Assembly (NCBI GenBank): GCA_937922805.1
Contig: CALAJV010000001.1
Coordinates: 179,734-243,733 of the forward strand
Origin: an uncultured Acidimicrobiales bacterium
GTDB taxonomy: Bacteria > Actinomycetota > Acidimicrobiia > Acidimicrobiales > SZUA-35
Length of the DNA: 64,000 nt
Reading direction: 5' to 3'
Below the pieces are notes generated by a model. The model saw only the letters and a list, made by a program, of their open reading frames with translations. It had not been told where the DNA came from and ran no database searches. This document shows positions 1-10,175 of this stretch, piece after piece. The stretch's first letter is position 1. Every line of letters begins with the position of its first letter. A program made the translations under genes and the position numbers.

Positions 1-801
1 GCCTATGTCATACCCCAACGTTATATGCCATGGAACTATTTTGACTTCAGGGGATCCAGCGACGAGGGCGTCATCGTCGAAATAGAGCGGATTACAATCG
101 CCCTCGTTTGGCGATTCACTTCGTTCTGGAAACCCACAGGCGTACTTGGTGATATTGATTCCGAACCCGCTAGTAACGGTGGTGTCGATTGGTCCGTCAC
201 CTTGTGTACCTGGCAACCCGCTGGTGTTGACATTGTTATCTGACGACGACAATACCGATGCCGACAGTACATCGGCGTTGCCTGCCGCGGCGGCTGCGAC
301 GGGCTTGAATATTAGTTTGGTGCCTTCGTTGTGGTCGCCCAGATTGCAGACAAGAGTATCTAGCAGGCCATCACCGGAAGTATCGGTCATAGACGAGTCA
401 GGTATCACTGCGAAGCCACCAGCGACAGTTTTACATTCACCGGGAAGCGCGGTCCAGGTCGCTTTGTCGTTGAGGGTTACGGTTGCCACCAGATTGGTGT
501 CGTCTTGGTCATTTAGTGAAACTTCGACGTTGTAGGTAACTAGATCATGGTTACGGACGACGCCGTTACTGCCATCGCCATCGGTGCCGGAGTCGGCCGA
601 TGTGGCCGGATCGAACGTAGTGGTATCAAATGGGGCAATGCCATCGGCCTCCAGCGTGATTATCGCTTCGGTGGCTGGGGCCTGTGGCGCTGGCAGAGCC
701 GCAACAGTAATCGGGGTAACCACTACCACTAACAGCGTTGTAGCAACGAAGACAATAAGCCCTTTAGCAGCACGGTCACAAAGTCGAGCAATTAGCTTCA
801 T
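1..801 (-). CDS. Secreted/surface protein, N-terminal part (runs off the window start; absent from the ORF track)
   Basis: ATG at 801 with AAGGA upstream. The frame is open down to base 1. It reads MKLIARLCDRAAKGLIVFVATTLLVVVVTPITVAA (signal peptide), then EADGIAPFD...NGVVRNHDLVTYNVEVSLND...LVCNLGD, resembling N-termini of large actinobacterial surface proteins. Confidence 0.8.
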   Translation of the reverse strand, partial: MKLIARLCDRAAKGLIVFVATTLLVVVVTPITVAALPAPQAPATEAIITLEADGIAPFDTTTFDPATSADSGTDGDGSNGVVRNHDLVTYNVEVSLNDQDDTNLVATVTLNDKATWTALPGECKTVAGGFAVIPDSSMTDTSGDGLLDTLVCNLGDHNEGTKLIFKPVAAAAAGNADVLSASVLSSSDNNVNTSGLPGTQGDGPIDTTVTSGFGINITKYACGFPERSESPNEGDCNPLYFDDDALVAGSPEVKIVPWHITLGYDIG

Positions 802-956
802 GGCGGTCCTTCAGGTTCGAGGTAAATACCCTTCGGCATAACGAAGTCGGCCTAAAGAGCGACAGCCCAGAAATCTGGGCGCGCTAACCGACTGTTATCG
901 GGCCGCTACAACAACACAAAGACTCGCAGGATTAGAGGTCGTCTGCTAGGTCACAC

Positions 957-1847
957 TTAGCTAGAGCCGATTGCGGCCTCTAACTCGTGTTGCAACTCTT
1001 CGAGCTCGGCTCCACCAGACATGAGCTGGGTCAGTTCGGATTGAGTAATCTCAGACTTCGGATAACTACCGAGTGACTGGCCCCGGTTTAGGATCAAGAA
1101 GCGATCGCCGACCGGGTAGGCGTGGGCTGGGTTGTGAGTGATGAAAATAACGGCCAACCCGCGGTTGCGAGCTTCAACTATGTAGCGCAACACCACGCCG
1201 CTTTGCTTCACACCAAGCGCCGATGTTGGTTCATCCAGGATGAGAACCCTGGCCCCAAAGTAAGCAGCTCGAGCAATCGCAACCGATTGTCGTTCGCCGC
1301 CAGACAACGTTCCGACCGATTGCTCGGTGTCACGGATATCGATGCCCATCTTGGCCATCTCTTCTTTTGAGATTCTTTTGGCCTTGGCCTGGTCGATGAA
1401 CTTGAGTGGACCGATCCGACGGGTTGGTTCAGCTCCTAAGAAAAAATTGCGCCACACTGACATGAGCGGCACCATCGCCAAATCTTGATAAACGGTAGCG
1501 ATTCCGTTTGTCAAGGCATCTCGGGGTGAGTCGAACATTACTTCTTTACCATCAAGCCGGATCGTTCCTTCCGACTGCTGATGGACGCCAGACAAAATTT
1601 TGATGAACGTCGACTTGCCAGCTCCGTTGTCGCCGAGAACGCAGGTGACCTCGCCGGCGTTCACCGTCGTGCTGACGCCCTCGAGGGCAATTATGTTGCC
1701 GTAGAACTTCGAAATATTGTCGAGCTCAAGCAGTTGTTCGGAGGAGCCTTCGGTGTCCGCATCGCCGGATGGAGTCGGCTCGGGTGCGCTCTCTGAAGTT
1801 GCATCTTCCGAAGTTGTACCTGATGAGGTCGGGTCTTGAGATGTCAT
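957..1847 (-). CDS. Sugar (inositol-type) ABC transporter ATP-binding protein
   Basis: Walker [17 protein letters not shown] signature, Walker B LILDEPT; single nucleotide-binding domain. Confidence 0.95.
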   Translation of the reverse strand: MTSQDPTSSGTTSEDATSESAPEPTPSGDADTEGSSEQLLELDNISKFYGNIIALEGVSTTVNAGEVTCVLGDNGAGKSTFIKILSGVHQQSEGTIRLDGKEVMFDSPRDALTNGIATVYQDLAMVPLMSVWRNFFLGAEPTRRIGPLKFIDQAKAKRISKEEMAKMGIDIRDTEQSVGTLSGGERQSVAIARAAYFGARVLILDEPTSALGVKQSGVVLRYIVEARNRGLAVIFITHNPAHAYPVGDRFLILNRGQSLGSYPKSEITQSELTQLMSGGAELEELQHELEAAIGSS

Positions 1848-1858
1848 GTTTTCGCTCC

Positions 1859-3817
1859 CTATCTCCGTGCCGCCGCATCGGCGCGGTCACGAATCGATCG
1901 GTTAGCAATTACTGCTAGCAACAGAATTACGCCCAAGAAAACGAATCGCCAGTCCGAATTCCATCTGGCCGATTGGATACCAACCGCAGACATGGCCATG
2001 ATGGCGGCGCCGAAGGCAGCACCTGATGCGGTGCCGTAACCGCCAGTCAACAGCGTGCCGCCGACAACTGCGGCGATAATGTACTCAAACTCTTCGCCGT
2101 CGCCGGCACCTGCTTGAAGGCTGTTTAACCGGAATGAAAGCAGCATGCCTACTAGCCATGCGGCCCCAGAGACGATCATGAACAACTGAGTTTTGGTTCG
2201 AGCAGCGGGGACACCAACTTGGCGAGACGCTTCCTTATTTCCACCGACCGCAAACGTCCATGAGCCAAAGCGAGTTCGGGCCAGTGTCCAAACCATTACC
2301 GCAGTGAAGCCAAAGAACCACAGCATCCTCACCGAGAACTTAGCCGGGTTGACATCGGCGAGCAGTTCAGCGTCGGTAACAAACAAGTGGCGGATTACAA
2401 CCGCCAAGGTTAACAGGGCGAAGCCGATGGTTAGTCCACGGATGCCAAGGCGGTCAGCCGACGCGTCAGCGCTGCGACGTTCAACGAATTTCAAGCCAAG
2501 CATGGCCCAAACGAACATGGCTAGTGATCCAAGCAGAATCACTGAGAACAGTTCGGTACGGAACTTCTCTGCGCTAGATGAGGTCTGGACGACGAAGGCG
2601 AAGGCCACACCGGCCGCAGCGATCACCGTCGAGACCACTGCTTTGGTCAGTGGACTAACTCGAACCGCTCGATTGGCCGCAATCATGGCCAGCGTGAAGC
2701 CAATGGCGGTGAAGACCATCACGAGCACGGCTCGGAGACCTTGCACGGTGAACGGGAAGTAAAGCGTTTCGCTGTTGTCGGCGTCAATTGCGAAAGCGCA
2801 AACTACAGCGAGCCCAACCGAAGCAAGACCAGCGACCAAGTACTTGACTACGCCCAAAGAGCCCAGCTTTAGCGATCCGACACGTTCGATCGTTTGGTAA
2901 CGCCACTGGGCGAAGCCGAACAGTCCGACCAATACTGACGCTGCCAGCATGATGGCGGCGATGAAGTTGTTGGTAACACCATCGGTTCGGTGCATAAACC
3001 CAACAACGACGCCTAGTCCAGCGAGGCCGATAGCGAACAGCCCTAGGCCAGCCGGCCTTTTAGTTTCCCGTTTATCGAAGTGCATCTCTAGAACGGAAAG
3101 GGTGATAATTAGCGCTCCGACCAGGAAAAATCCGATGTAGAACCAGTCTCTGCTGTTCCAGACGTGGCCGTTTCGTTCCCACTCGCCAGCGAAGATAGGC
3201 CGCCAGAACTCGTAGCCATGAGCTTCGTTTGTGAAACTGACCGAGATTTGTTCGACGATTACCTTGGCCAGGCCAAGTTTTAGACCTTTGAGAATAAAGA
3301 AGGTTGCCAACGTCACGATGAAGCTAGGCAGGGCTGTTTTCTCAACCATCCAGCCGTTGAAGAAACCAATCGCCATTGCCACTACGAACGAGAGTGGAAC
3401 CGCTATCCAAATGGAAGCGCCTAATCCTCCCAAGTCGCCGGTTTCCTTAATCAGCATTATGAACAGAATGCCCATAGCGCCGGTGTTCGCACCAGACGAA
3501 AGGTCGAACTCGCCGCCGATCATGAGCATCGAAACTGCGACGGCCATGATGCCCAGCGTCGAAGCAGTGTCGAGCCAGTTTTGGGTCTGTCCTGTCGTGC
3601 CAAAGTTAAGCGACACGGCCCAGAAGAACGCCCACACACCGATCACACCGATGATGGCCCCAATTTCGGGCCGGATAAACATTCGTTGAAAAATACTTCG
3701 ATAGGCGAGCCGCTCATCGCCAGCCGGCGCGGTAGTCACCAGCGGTTCCGCACCTTTGCCCCCACTACCAGTTGTTGACGACCCGAGTTCGTCCACAGTA
3801 TTGGCCATCCCCCTCAT
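1859..3817 (-). CDS. Sugar ABC transporter permease (RbsC/BPD_transp_2 type) with a large membrane insertion
   Basis: [35 protein letters not shown] and [14 protein letters not shown] motifs; 652 aa; AGGAGG RBS. Confidence 0.9.
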   Translation of the reverse strand: MRGMANTVDELGSSTTGSGGKGAEPLVTTAPAGDERLAYRSIFQRMFIRPEIGAIIGVIGVWAFFWAVSLNFGTTGQTQNWLDTASTLGIMAVAVSMLMIGGEFDLSSGANTGAMGILFIMLIKETGDLGGLGASIWIAVPLSFVVAMAIGFFNGWMVEKTALPSFIVTLATFFILKGLKLGLAKVIVEQISVSFTNEAHGYEFWRPIFAGEWERNGHVWNSRDWFYIGFFLVGALIITLSVLEMHFDKRETKRPAGLGLFAIGLAGLGVVVGFMHRTDGVTNNFIAAIMLAASVLVGLFGFAQWRYQTIERVGSLKLGSLGVVKYLVAGLASVGLAVVCAFAIDADNSETLYFPFTVQGLRAVLVMVFTAIGFTLAMIAANRAVRVSPLTKAVVSTVIAAAGVAFAFVVQTSSSAEKFRTELFSVILLGSLAMFVWAMLGLKFVERRSADASADRLGIRGLTIGFALLTLAVVIRHLFVTDAELLADVNPAKFSVRMLWFFGFTAVMVWTLARTRFGSWTFAVGGNKEASRQVGVPAARTKTQLFMIVSGAAWLVGMLLSFRLNSLQAGAGDGEEFEYIIAAVVGGTLLTGGYGTASGAAFGAAIMAMSAVGIQSARWNSDWRFVFLGVILLLAVIANRSIRDRADAAARR

Positions 3818-3869
3818 GCACCTCCTGCATATGAAAGGGCATTAGAACACCCTTTCAAAAATGAGTCAA

Positions 3870-3900
3870 TTCGGCCGCCCAGACAAGCTGGGCGGCCGAA
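3870..3900. terminator. Perfect 13-bp hairpin between the substrate-binding protein and permease genes (partial terminator or mRNA stabiliser)
   Basis: TTCGGCCGCCCAG-acaag-CTGGGCGGCCGAA downstream of the SBP stop. Confidence 0.7.
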
Positions 3901-3947
3901 CAGATATTCAACTAACCGACCACTACCTCAAAGGTAGTAAGTCCCAA

Positions 3948-5030
3948 CTAGCGGGTTCCCGCTTCTGAGAGGCTCAGAACCTCTGCTGCGTTGTCAGCGG
4001 TAACGAAGCCCGGTCCGGTAAGGATCGGGAGACCGCCGCCAATGGTGTTTGAGTTGGTCTGGAACAGGAACAGTTGCAGAATCGGCATGTAGCCCTGCAG
4101 GTACTGCTGCTGATCGACGGTGAACAGGATGTCTCCGTCATTGATAGCTCCAAGCAGCTCTGGTGTTAGGTCGAAACCACCGATAGTTACTTCACGACCA
4201 AGGTCTTCTGAAGCACGGAGGCCAGACATGGTGATAACTGGACCAACGCCAAGGAAGCCATCAATTGACTCATCAGCCGCAAGCGCTGCGTTGATAGCAG
4301 CTTGCTGAGCGGTGGTGTCGGCGTCTAGGTCCATGAAGTCAGTGGTGACATCGCCATCGAAGGTGTCGGCTAGGCCATCACAGCGCTCGGTTAGACCGAT
4401 GTTGTTTTGTTCCTGCTGACCACAGAGTACGTGAGTAGCTCCGGCATCGTTGAATCGATTGCCAGCGGCTTGACCAGCGATGAACTCGGTTTGACCAACG
4501 TGGGTCAAAGCACCGATGTCTTCGTAGTCATTGGCACCTGAGTTGAGGGTTACGACAGGAGTGCCATCACCAACAGCGGTCTGAAGCGCAGGTACGAGAG
4601 CTGCGGGATCCGGCAACGAAGCGGCAATGCCGTCAGAGCCTTCGCCGAGCGCACCTTCAATGTCTTGAACCATCTTGTTGGCATCATTGACGCCAGGCAT
4701 CCAGACGCATTCAACTTTGAGATCAGCACACGCTGCTTCCATGCCCCGCTTTACAACTGACCAGAATGGCCCATCATCAGAGTGGGTGATCATGTGGAAG
4801 GTAAGATCGCTCGACTGAGTTAGATCAACTTCGTCGTCGCCAGAGCTTTCCTCTGAGTCGCTGTCTTCCATTTCTTCTTCGTCATCGGTTGAATCTTCAA
4901 CTTCATCACCGTCATCGCTTGACTCTTCGGTGCCTTCTTCATCATCGCTAGACGTGTCAGATGATCCACACGCCGATGCAACAAGTGCGAAAGCGAAGAG
5001 CAATGCGAGCAAGCTCATAAGCTTCTTCAT
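3948..5030 (-). CDS. Sugar ABC transporter substrate-binding lipoprotein (inositol/RbsB-like)
   Basis: Lipobox VASAC, acidic linker, THSDDGPFWSVVKRG and DQQQYLQGY motifs. The ATG at 5030 has GGGGAGA upstream and is preferred over 5045. Confidence 0.9.
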   Translation of the reverse strand: MKKLMSLLALLFAFALVASACGSSDTSSDDEEGTEESSDDGDEVEDSTDDEEEMEDSDSEESSGDDEVDLTQSSDLTFHMITHSDDGPFWSVVKRGMEAACADLKVECVWMPGVNDANKMVQDIEGALGEGSDGIAASLPDPAALVPALQTAVGDGTPVVTLNSGANDYEDIGALTHVGQTEFIAGQAAGNRFNDAGATHVLCGQQEQNNIGLTERCDGLADTFDGDVTTDFMDLDADTTAQQAAINAALAADESIDGFLGVGPVITMSGLRASEDLGREVTIGGFDLTPELLGAINDGDILFTVDQQQYLQGYMPILQLFLFQTNSNTIGGGLPILTGPGFVTADNAAEVLSLSEAGTR

Positions 5031-5141
5031 TTGGTTTCTCCCCAAGGTTGTTGACTTGCAATTTGGTCAGTCATTTTGACCGACCGTTGAATCGGCGAAG
5101 CCACATTGCGTCGCCAACCAAGGAGCTTAGAACGTAGCTGA

Positions 5142-6029
5142 CTAAACCTCCAACGCACGAAGAAAAGTCACACTGTCGGCAACATCGTTAACCGGACCTT
5201 CACTAGGTGGCGGAATGATGCCAGCAATAGCGCAATCCTGTTCAATTACGTACCATCCGGCAAACCCAGTTTTTTCAAGCTGCCTTACAATGTCAGCCAG
5301 AGGGAGATCGCCTTTGCCAAGCGATGGGAACAATCCAGCCTGGACTGCTTCCATTAGAGATAGTTCTCCGTTGACTAGTTGCTCGGCCACTTCAAGCTTG
5401 GTGTCTTTGAGGTGAACCAGACCGATCCGGTCCGGATACTTCGCGATAATTTCCAGAGAATCTTCGCCGCCAACCGCGAAGTGACCGGTATCCAACACCA
5501 AGGAAGTATTGGTGTTATCAAGAACACGTCGGATCTCTTCCGCCGTCTCAACCACGCAGCCATAGTGCTCATGCACGACTTGGGTTAGTCCTTTGGCCTC
5601 ACACATGTCGTCGATCAAACCAAGCATCTCATAGAGATGCGACCACTCAGCTTCAGAATAGTCACGCCGCGGCTCCCAGCCGGCCGACGTAACGGGTGCG
5701 GTGTTGAAGTAAACGGCGCCGGCAGTGGCCAGAAGGTCAGCTGCTTCAGCTGCCTGTTGTAGTGCCTGTTCCCGTTGAGCTGGGTCGTGCAAGACCAGCG
5801 GAATAAATGCCGCCAGCAAGGAAAGTTCGTTAGCGGCAAGAAGCTCGGTCAACTCATCAGGGGCCGACGGCAACCAACCGGCCGACCCAAGCTCAGTCTT
5901 GGTGAAACCCAATGAGTGCATTTCGGACAACACCCGTTCGGGGGAAAGTTGATGGCCCCATCCGGGGACTTCACAGACTCCCCACGAAATCGGAGCAGTT
6001 GCCACTCGGGAAAAAAACGATTCAAACAC
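5142..6029 (-). CDS. iolE: Myo-inosose-2 dehydratase-like sugar phosphate isomerase/epimerase (IolE family)
   Basis: ATAPISWGVCE, HEHYG..VE, LDTGH, VHLKD, LGKGD and VIEQD motifs; upstream of an inositol-type ABC transporter. Confidence 0.75.
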   Translation of the reverse strand: MFESFFSRVATAPISWGVCEVPGWGHQLSPERVLSEMHSLGFTKTELGSAGWLPSAPDELTELLAANELSLLAAFIPLVLHDPAQREQALQQAAEAADLLATAGAVYFNTAPVTSAGWEPRRDYSEAEWSHLYEMLGLIDDMCEAKGLTQVVHEHYGCVVETAEEIRRVLDNTNTSLVLDTGHFAVGGEDSLEIIAKYPDRIGLVHLKDTKLEVAEQLVNGELSLMEAVQAGLFPSLGKGDLPLADIVRQLEKTGFAGWYVIEQDCAIAGIIPPPSEGPVNDVADSVTFLRALEV

Positions 6030-6129
6030 GATTTGGAAGTTATCACCGATCAGACCTCAAACCAGCACCAGTACCAGCACCAACTATGTTTTCGGTAAGT
6101 AGCCAGTCCGGTCGACACGTTACGGCTGG

Positions 6130-7158
6130 CTAGGCGTCCGTCGCTGGCGATCCCAAAATTCGATTGCGCCAGCTTTTGCGCCAGACGTTCCAACCCTCAA
6201 CGTCGATCCCCTGCGACATGAACGCCCCAAAAAGTGTTTCGGTTTGGAACTGACTGAGTTCGGGTGTGCCGAGCGATGCTTGTACCGTTACTGGCTGACG
6301 AGTGTCGCTTGAGAACCGCGACGGTTGACCTCCGCAGCCCTCGATAAGGCGAAAGTCGTATCGGTCATGGTTTTCCTCTAACCAGACGGTCATCGCTTCA
6401 ACGGTGCGGAGTCCATCATTACCACCATCGTGCATTAGCACGTTGGTGCCGTTCTTCCCGATGCTGTAGTCGAACGTGGCCGCAGTCTCTAGCGACTCGA
6501 TCATGTCGTCAGTCGTTACTGAGCGTCGCCAGTCGTGGGTGTCGAGATCCCACAGCCATTCGGTCAGACCGAGACGAGCGCCAGCGGAACGAACCCGATC
6601 GTCGGTCGCTCCGTATGGTGGTCGGTAGCAACTCGGGCTGATACCCAGAGTCATCTCAATTGCCTCTTGCCCTCTCGACAACTGATCGGTCGGATCCACC
6701 CGAGTCAACCACGAATGATCGTAGGTGTGATTCGCTATCGCATGCCCCTCAACCGCGGTGTGTAGTGCCGTATCGGGAAAGTTCAGAACATTACGACCAG
6801 TCACGAAGAAGGTTGCTTTGATGTCATAAGTCTTTAGCACAGCCAACAAGTCTGCGGTTGCAATGTCAGGTCCGTCATCGAACGTTAGATACACCACCGG
6901 CTTCACGTCAGCGGAAGCCGCTTGGCGTTGTTCGTGGTGGGCCAGAACGTCGGCTTGGTCATTGGCCGGAGGGTCGGCGGCAACTGGAGTTGTCGGGAAG
7001 AGGAGAGCCGTGCTGACGCAGCCAACCAGAAGACCAGCGACAGCAACGGCTAGAACACGACCCGCTCGGAAACTACGAGCCCGGTGACACAAAGATCGAG
7101 AACGATAAGACCGGAAGCGGTCCCTGACGGGCAGTAGCGGCGGGTGCATGTAGCCCAT
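6130..7158 (-). CDS. Polysaccharide deacetylase (NodB/CE4), probably exported; start uncertain
   Basis: LTFDDGP, NHTYDH, RPPYG, DTHDW and LMHDGG motifs; hydrophobic N-terminal segment. Confidence 0.9.
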   Translation of the reverse strand: MGYMHPPLLPVRDRFRSYRSRSLCHRARSFRAGRVLAVAVAGLLVGCVSTALLFPTTPVAADPPANDQADVLAHHEQRQAASADVKPVVYLTFDDGPDIATADLLAVLKTYDIKATFFVTGRNVLNFPDTALHTAVEGHAIANHTYDHSWLTRVDPTDQLSRGQEAIEMTLGISPSCYRPPYGATDDRVRSAGARLGLTEWLWDLDTHDWRRSVTTDDMIESLETAATFDYSIGKNGTNVLMHDGGNDGLRTVEAMTVWLEENHDRYDFRLIEGCGGQPSRFSSDTRQPVTVQASLGTPELSQFQTETLFGAFMSQGIDVEGWNVWRKSWRNRILGSPATDA

Positions 7159-7313
7159 TCGGATGGGTGACCGCTCATATAAGCGTGAGCCGGTTTCTGT
7201 TCGATGAAATTCCGCTCGGTTGCCTTTGGCGGCTTGGTGACTGTTGTCTCGTGTAGATGCTGTTTTGGTTCTCGATCAAGCGTCCACCAGCCAAATCAGG
7301 CATCCTTTGCTGA

Positions 7314-8555
7314 GTGACTTCTTCCAACACCCAGCCCGCATCGAGCAGGCGTCCGGACCTGCTAGTAATCGGAGCCGGACCTGCTGGTGCCGCAACCGCT
7401 ATTCGCGCCGCCCGAGGCGGGGCATCAGTACTAGTGTTCGACAAGGCCGAATACGGCCGAGACAAAGTTTGCGGAGACGGTTTAACCCCTCGAGCAATCG
7501 GAGCGTTGAACGACCTGTCGATCGACATTACCGACGCCCACCACATAAGCGGTCTACGGATGATTGCGGGAAAAAAGGAACGTGAGTTGCCTTGGCCGAC
7601 AACGGCTCGATTCCCCGCTCATGGTGCCGTTTGGCCGAGGCGGCGACTGGATGCTGCTCTAATTGATGCCGCCAACGAAGCGGGGGCCGACGTCCGGTGG
7701 GGCCAAGAAGCACTGCCACTACTTGAAGGTGAGAAGGTCGTCGGGGTAACAGCTGGAGGCAAAGAGTACCGAGCTCCTCTGACCGTCGTTGCTTGCGGCG
7801 CTCAAGGGCAGGTGGCGAAGATGCTCGGAGCCGAACGGGTGAAGGATGAACCATTTGGGCTAGCAATTCGAACCTATGCCGAATCACCACGACACGACGA
7901 CCCATACCTTGAGGCATGCCTGACGCTTAAAGACGAAGATGGAACAGCCATTCCTGGATACGGGTGGATGTTTCCCGCTGGCGACGGAACAGTCAACATT
8001 GGCGTCGGAGCCCTGTCGACGATGAAAAACTTCAAAAAGCTCAACCTAAACAAGCTGATCGAATCGTACCGCTCGCTAGTAGAGCCTTCGTGGCAACTTG
8101 GACCGAACCTCGAGCGACCTCGAGCGTGGCGACTTCCAATGAGCGCCCAGAAACGACACGGCCCCGGGTGGGCTGCCATTGGCGACGCCGCAGGCCTTAT
8201 CAATCCAATGAACGGCGAGGGCATCGACTACGGACTTGAGTCCGGCATGCTGATCGCCGATCTTTTCCTTGACAATCCAGCTACTGCTACAGCGATCTAT
8301 GACAAAGAGGTCGGGGTCCGATTCGACAGTTTTCTCCGAACGGGACGTCGATTCTCATTTCTTATCGGACACCCTTTTATTTTGCGAAACGGGCTTCGGG
8401 TTGCAGTGGGCACCTCGGCGGTAGCAAAAATCACTCTTGGAGTCATGGGAAACCTCGTCGATTCCGAGACCCCGGGGGCCGCCGGTCGTGTACTGAGGGT
8501 CGCAGACAAAGCCTTGGAAACCGCAGATCCGCTGCTTCGTCGAACAAGGGCATAG
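7314..8555 (+). CDS. Geranylgeranyl reductase family FAD oxidoreductase (menaquinone side-chain reductase MenJ-like)
   Basis: GAGPAG, RDKVCGDGLTPRA, GYGWMFP and GDAAGLINPMNGEGIDY motifs. Confidence 0.85.
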   Translation: MTSSNTQPASSRRPDLLVIGAGPAGAATAIRAARGGASVLVFDKAEYGRDKVCGDGLTPRAIGALNDLSIDITDAHHISGLRMIAGKKERELPWPTTARFPAHGAVWPRRRLDAALIDAANEAGADVRWGQEALPLLEGEKVVGVTAGGKEYRAPLTVVACGAQGQVAKMLGAERVKDEPFGLAIRTYAESPRHDDPYLEACLTLKDEDGTAIPGYGWMFPAGDGTVNIGVGALSTMKNFKKLNLNKLIESYRSLVEPSWQLGPNLERPRAWRLPMSAQKRHGPGWAAIGDAAGLINPMNGEGIDYGLESGMLIADLFLDNPATATAIYDKEVGVRFDSFLRTGRRFSFLIGHPFILRNGLRVAVGTSAVAKITLGVMGNLVDSETPGAAGRVLRVADKALETADPLLRRTRA

Positions 8556-8654
8556 CGCTACCGACCCGTCGTCGACTAACCTGCACATCTAGCGTTCCCC
8601 CAGTCGCCCCAGCGGTTGCTTTTTGCACCGTCATTCAACACCGGATCCCTTACG

Positions 8655-10175
8655 TTGAGCCACAATATTTACGAGCTGTTTGCGGAGAAATTCGCCGACG
8701 CTTTGACGTCACCCTTTCTTTCAGTACCTAACGGCCTTACCTACACCTACGGCCAGGTCGATCGGCGAAGCGCGGCACTTGCCACTGTCTTAGCCGAAGG
8801 CGGAGCGAAGCCAGGCGACCGGGTAGTCGTCCAAGTAGAAAAATCGGCTGACGCTGTGGCGCTCTACCTAGCGTGTCTCCGCGGCGGATTTGTCTATGTT
8901 CCGTTAAACACCGCTTACACACCAGAAGAGGTTGGGTTTTTCCTCGGTGATGCCGACCCGGCGATCTTCGTATACAAACCCAATCGGACAGAGAAGCTTC
9001 AACCCGTCGCCGACATCGCCGGCGTTGCGAAAACCTATTCGTTAGGAGTCGAGAGCACCGGCTCACTAGCGGAAGCGGCGGCAAACGTTACTCCCGTGGG
9101 CGCAGTGATAGAACGTGAGCCTGACGACGTGGCGTGCTTGCTTTACACCTCAGGCACAACCGGCCGCTCAAAGGGAGCGATGATTACCCATCGCAACATT
9201 GCCAGCAACGCGAAGGCGTTGCACGCCATTTGGCGATTTCGGCCGGGCGATATTTTGCTCCACGTCCTACCCATCTTTCATGTCCATGGCCTTTTCGTTG
9301 CCCTGCACTGCGCCATGCTAAACGCGTCAGAAGTGATCTTTTGCCCGAAGTTCGAAGCCGAAACGACTCGGGTCAACCTACAAAAAGCCACAGTCATGAT
9401 GGGCGTGCCAACCCACTATTCCCGGCTACTCAACGATCCCGACTTTGGCTCCCGGGACTGCCAGACCATCCGCCTGTTTACCAGCGGATCAGCCCCTATG
9501 ACGGAACACCTTTTCCACCAGTTCACCGAACGAACCGGCCACAGCATCTGCGAACGATACGGAATGACCGAGTGTGGCATTATCACCTCCAATCCCCCTG
9601 AAGGCCGAAGAATCGCCGGAACAGTCGGATACGCGTTGCCGGATATGGATGTCCGCATCGCCGATGACCAAGACAGCGAAGTAAGCGAAGGCACAATCGG
9701 CGAGGTCCAGGTCAAAGGACCGCACGTTTTCCCTGGATACTGGCAGCTCGAAGATAAGACCGCTGAAGCCTTCACCGCCGATGGCTACTTCCGAACCGAC
9801 GACATCGGGCTCAAGGTTGCCGACGGACGAATCACACTGGCCGGGCGGGCCAAAGACATGATCATCTCTGGCGGGTTCAACGTATACCCCAAAGAAGTCG
9901 AGCTCCTCCTCGATCAAATCGAAGGTGTTCACGAATCGGCAGTCGTTGGTCTACCCCACGCCGACTTTGGCGAAGGAGTAGCCGCTTTCATCGCCGCCGA
10001 CGATGGTATTGGGGAAGACGAGTTGCGCGAAGTACTCGAATCCAAACTGGCAAACTTCAAACAACCGAAGATCTACATCTTCGTTCCATCGTTGCCCCGC
10101 AACGCTATGGGCAAGGTTCAGAAATCTCAGCTAAGAGACGCCAACGCTGAGTTATTTGGCGGGCTTGAGTTGTAG
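8655..10175 (+). CDS. matB: Malonyl-CoA synthetase-like acyl-CoA synthetase
   Basis: YTSGTTGRSKGA, LPIFHVHGLFVA, MMGVPTHYSRLL, ERYGMTE and RNAMGKVQK, typical of MatB. Probable TTG start at 8655 (track gives 8616). Confidence 0.8.
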   Translation: MSHNIYELFAEKFADALTSPFLSVPNGLTYTYGQVDRRSAALATVLAEGGAKPGDRVVVQVEKSADAVALYLACLRGGFVYVPLNTAYTPEEVGFFLGDADPAIFVYKPNRTEKLQPVADIAGVAKTYSLGVESTGSLAEAAANVTPVGAVIEREPDDVACLLYTSGTTGRSKGAMITHRNIASNAKALHAIWRFRPGDILLHVLPIFHVHGLFVALHCAMLNASEVIFCPKFEAETTRVNLQKATVMMGVPTHYSRLLNDPDFGSRDCQTIRLFTSGSAPMTEHLFHQFTERTGHSICERYGMTECGIITSNPPEGRRIAGTVGYALPDMDVRIADDQDSEVSEGTIGEVQVKGPHVFPGYWQLEDKTAEAFTADGYFRTDDIGLKVADGRITLAGRAKDMIISGGFNVYPKEVELLLDQIEGVHESAVVGLPHADFGEGVAAFIAADDGIGEDELREVLESKLANFKQPKIYIFVPSLPRNAMGKVQKSQLRDANAELFGGLEL

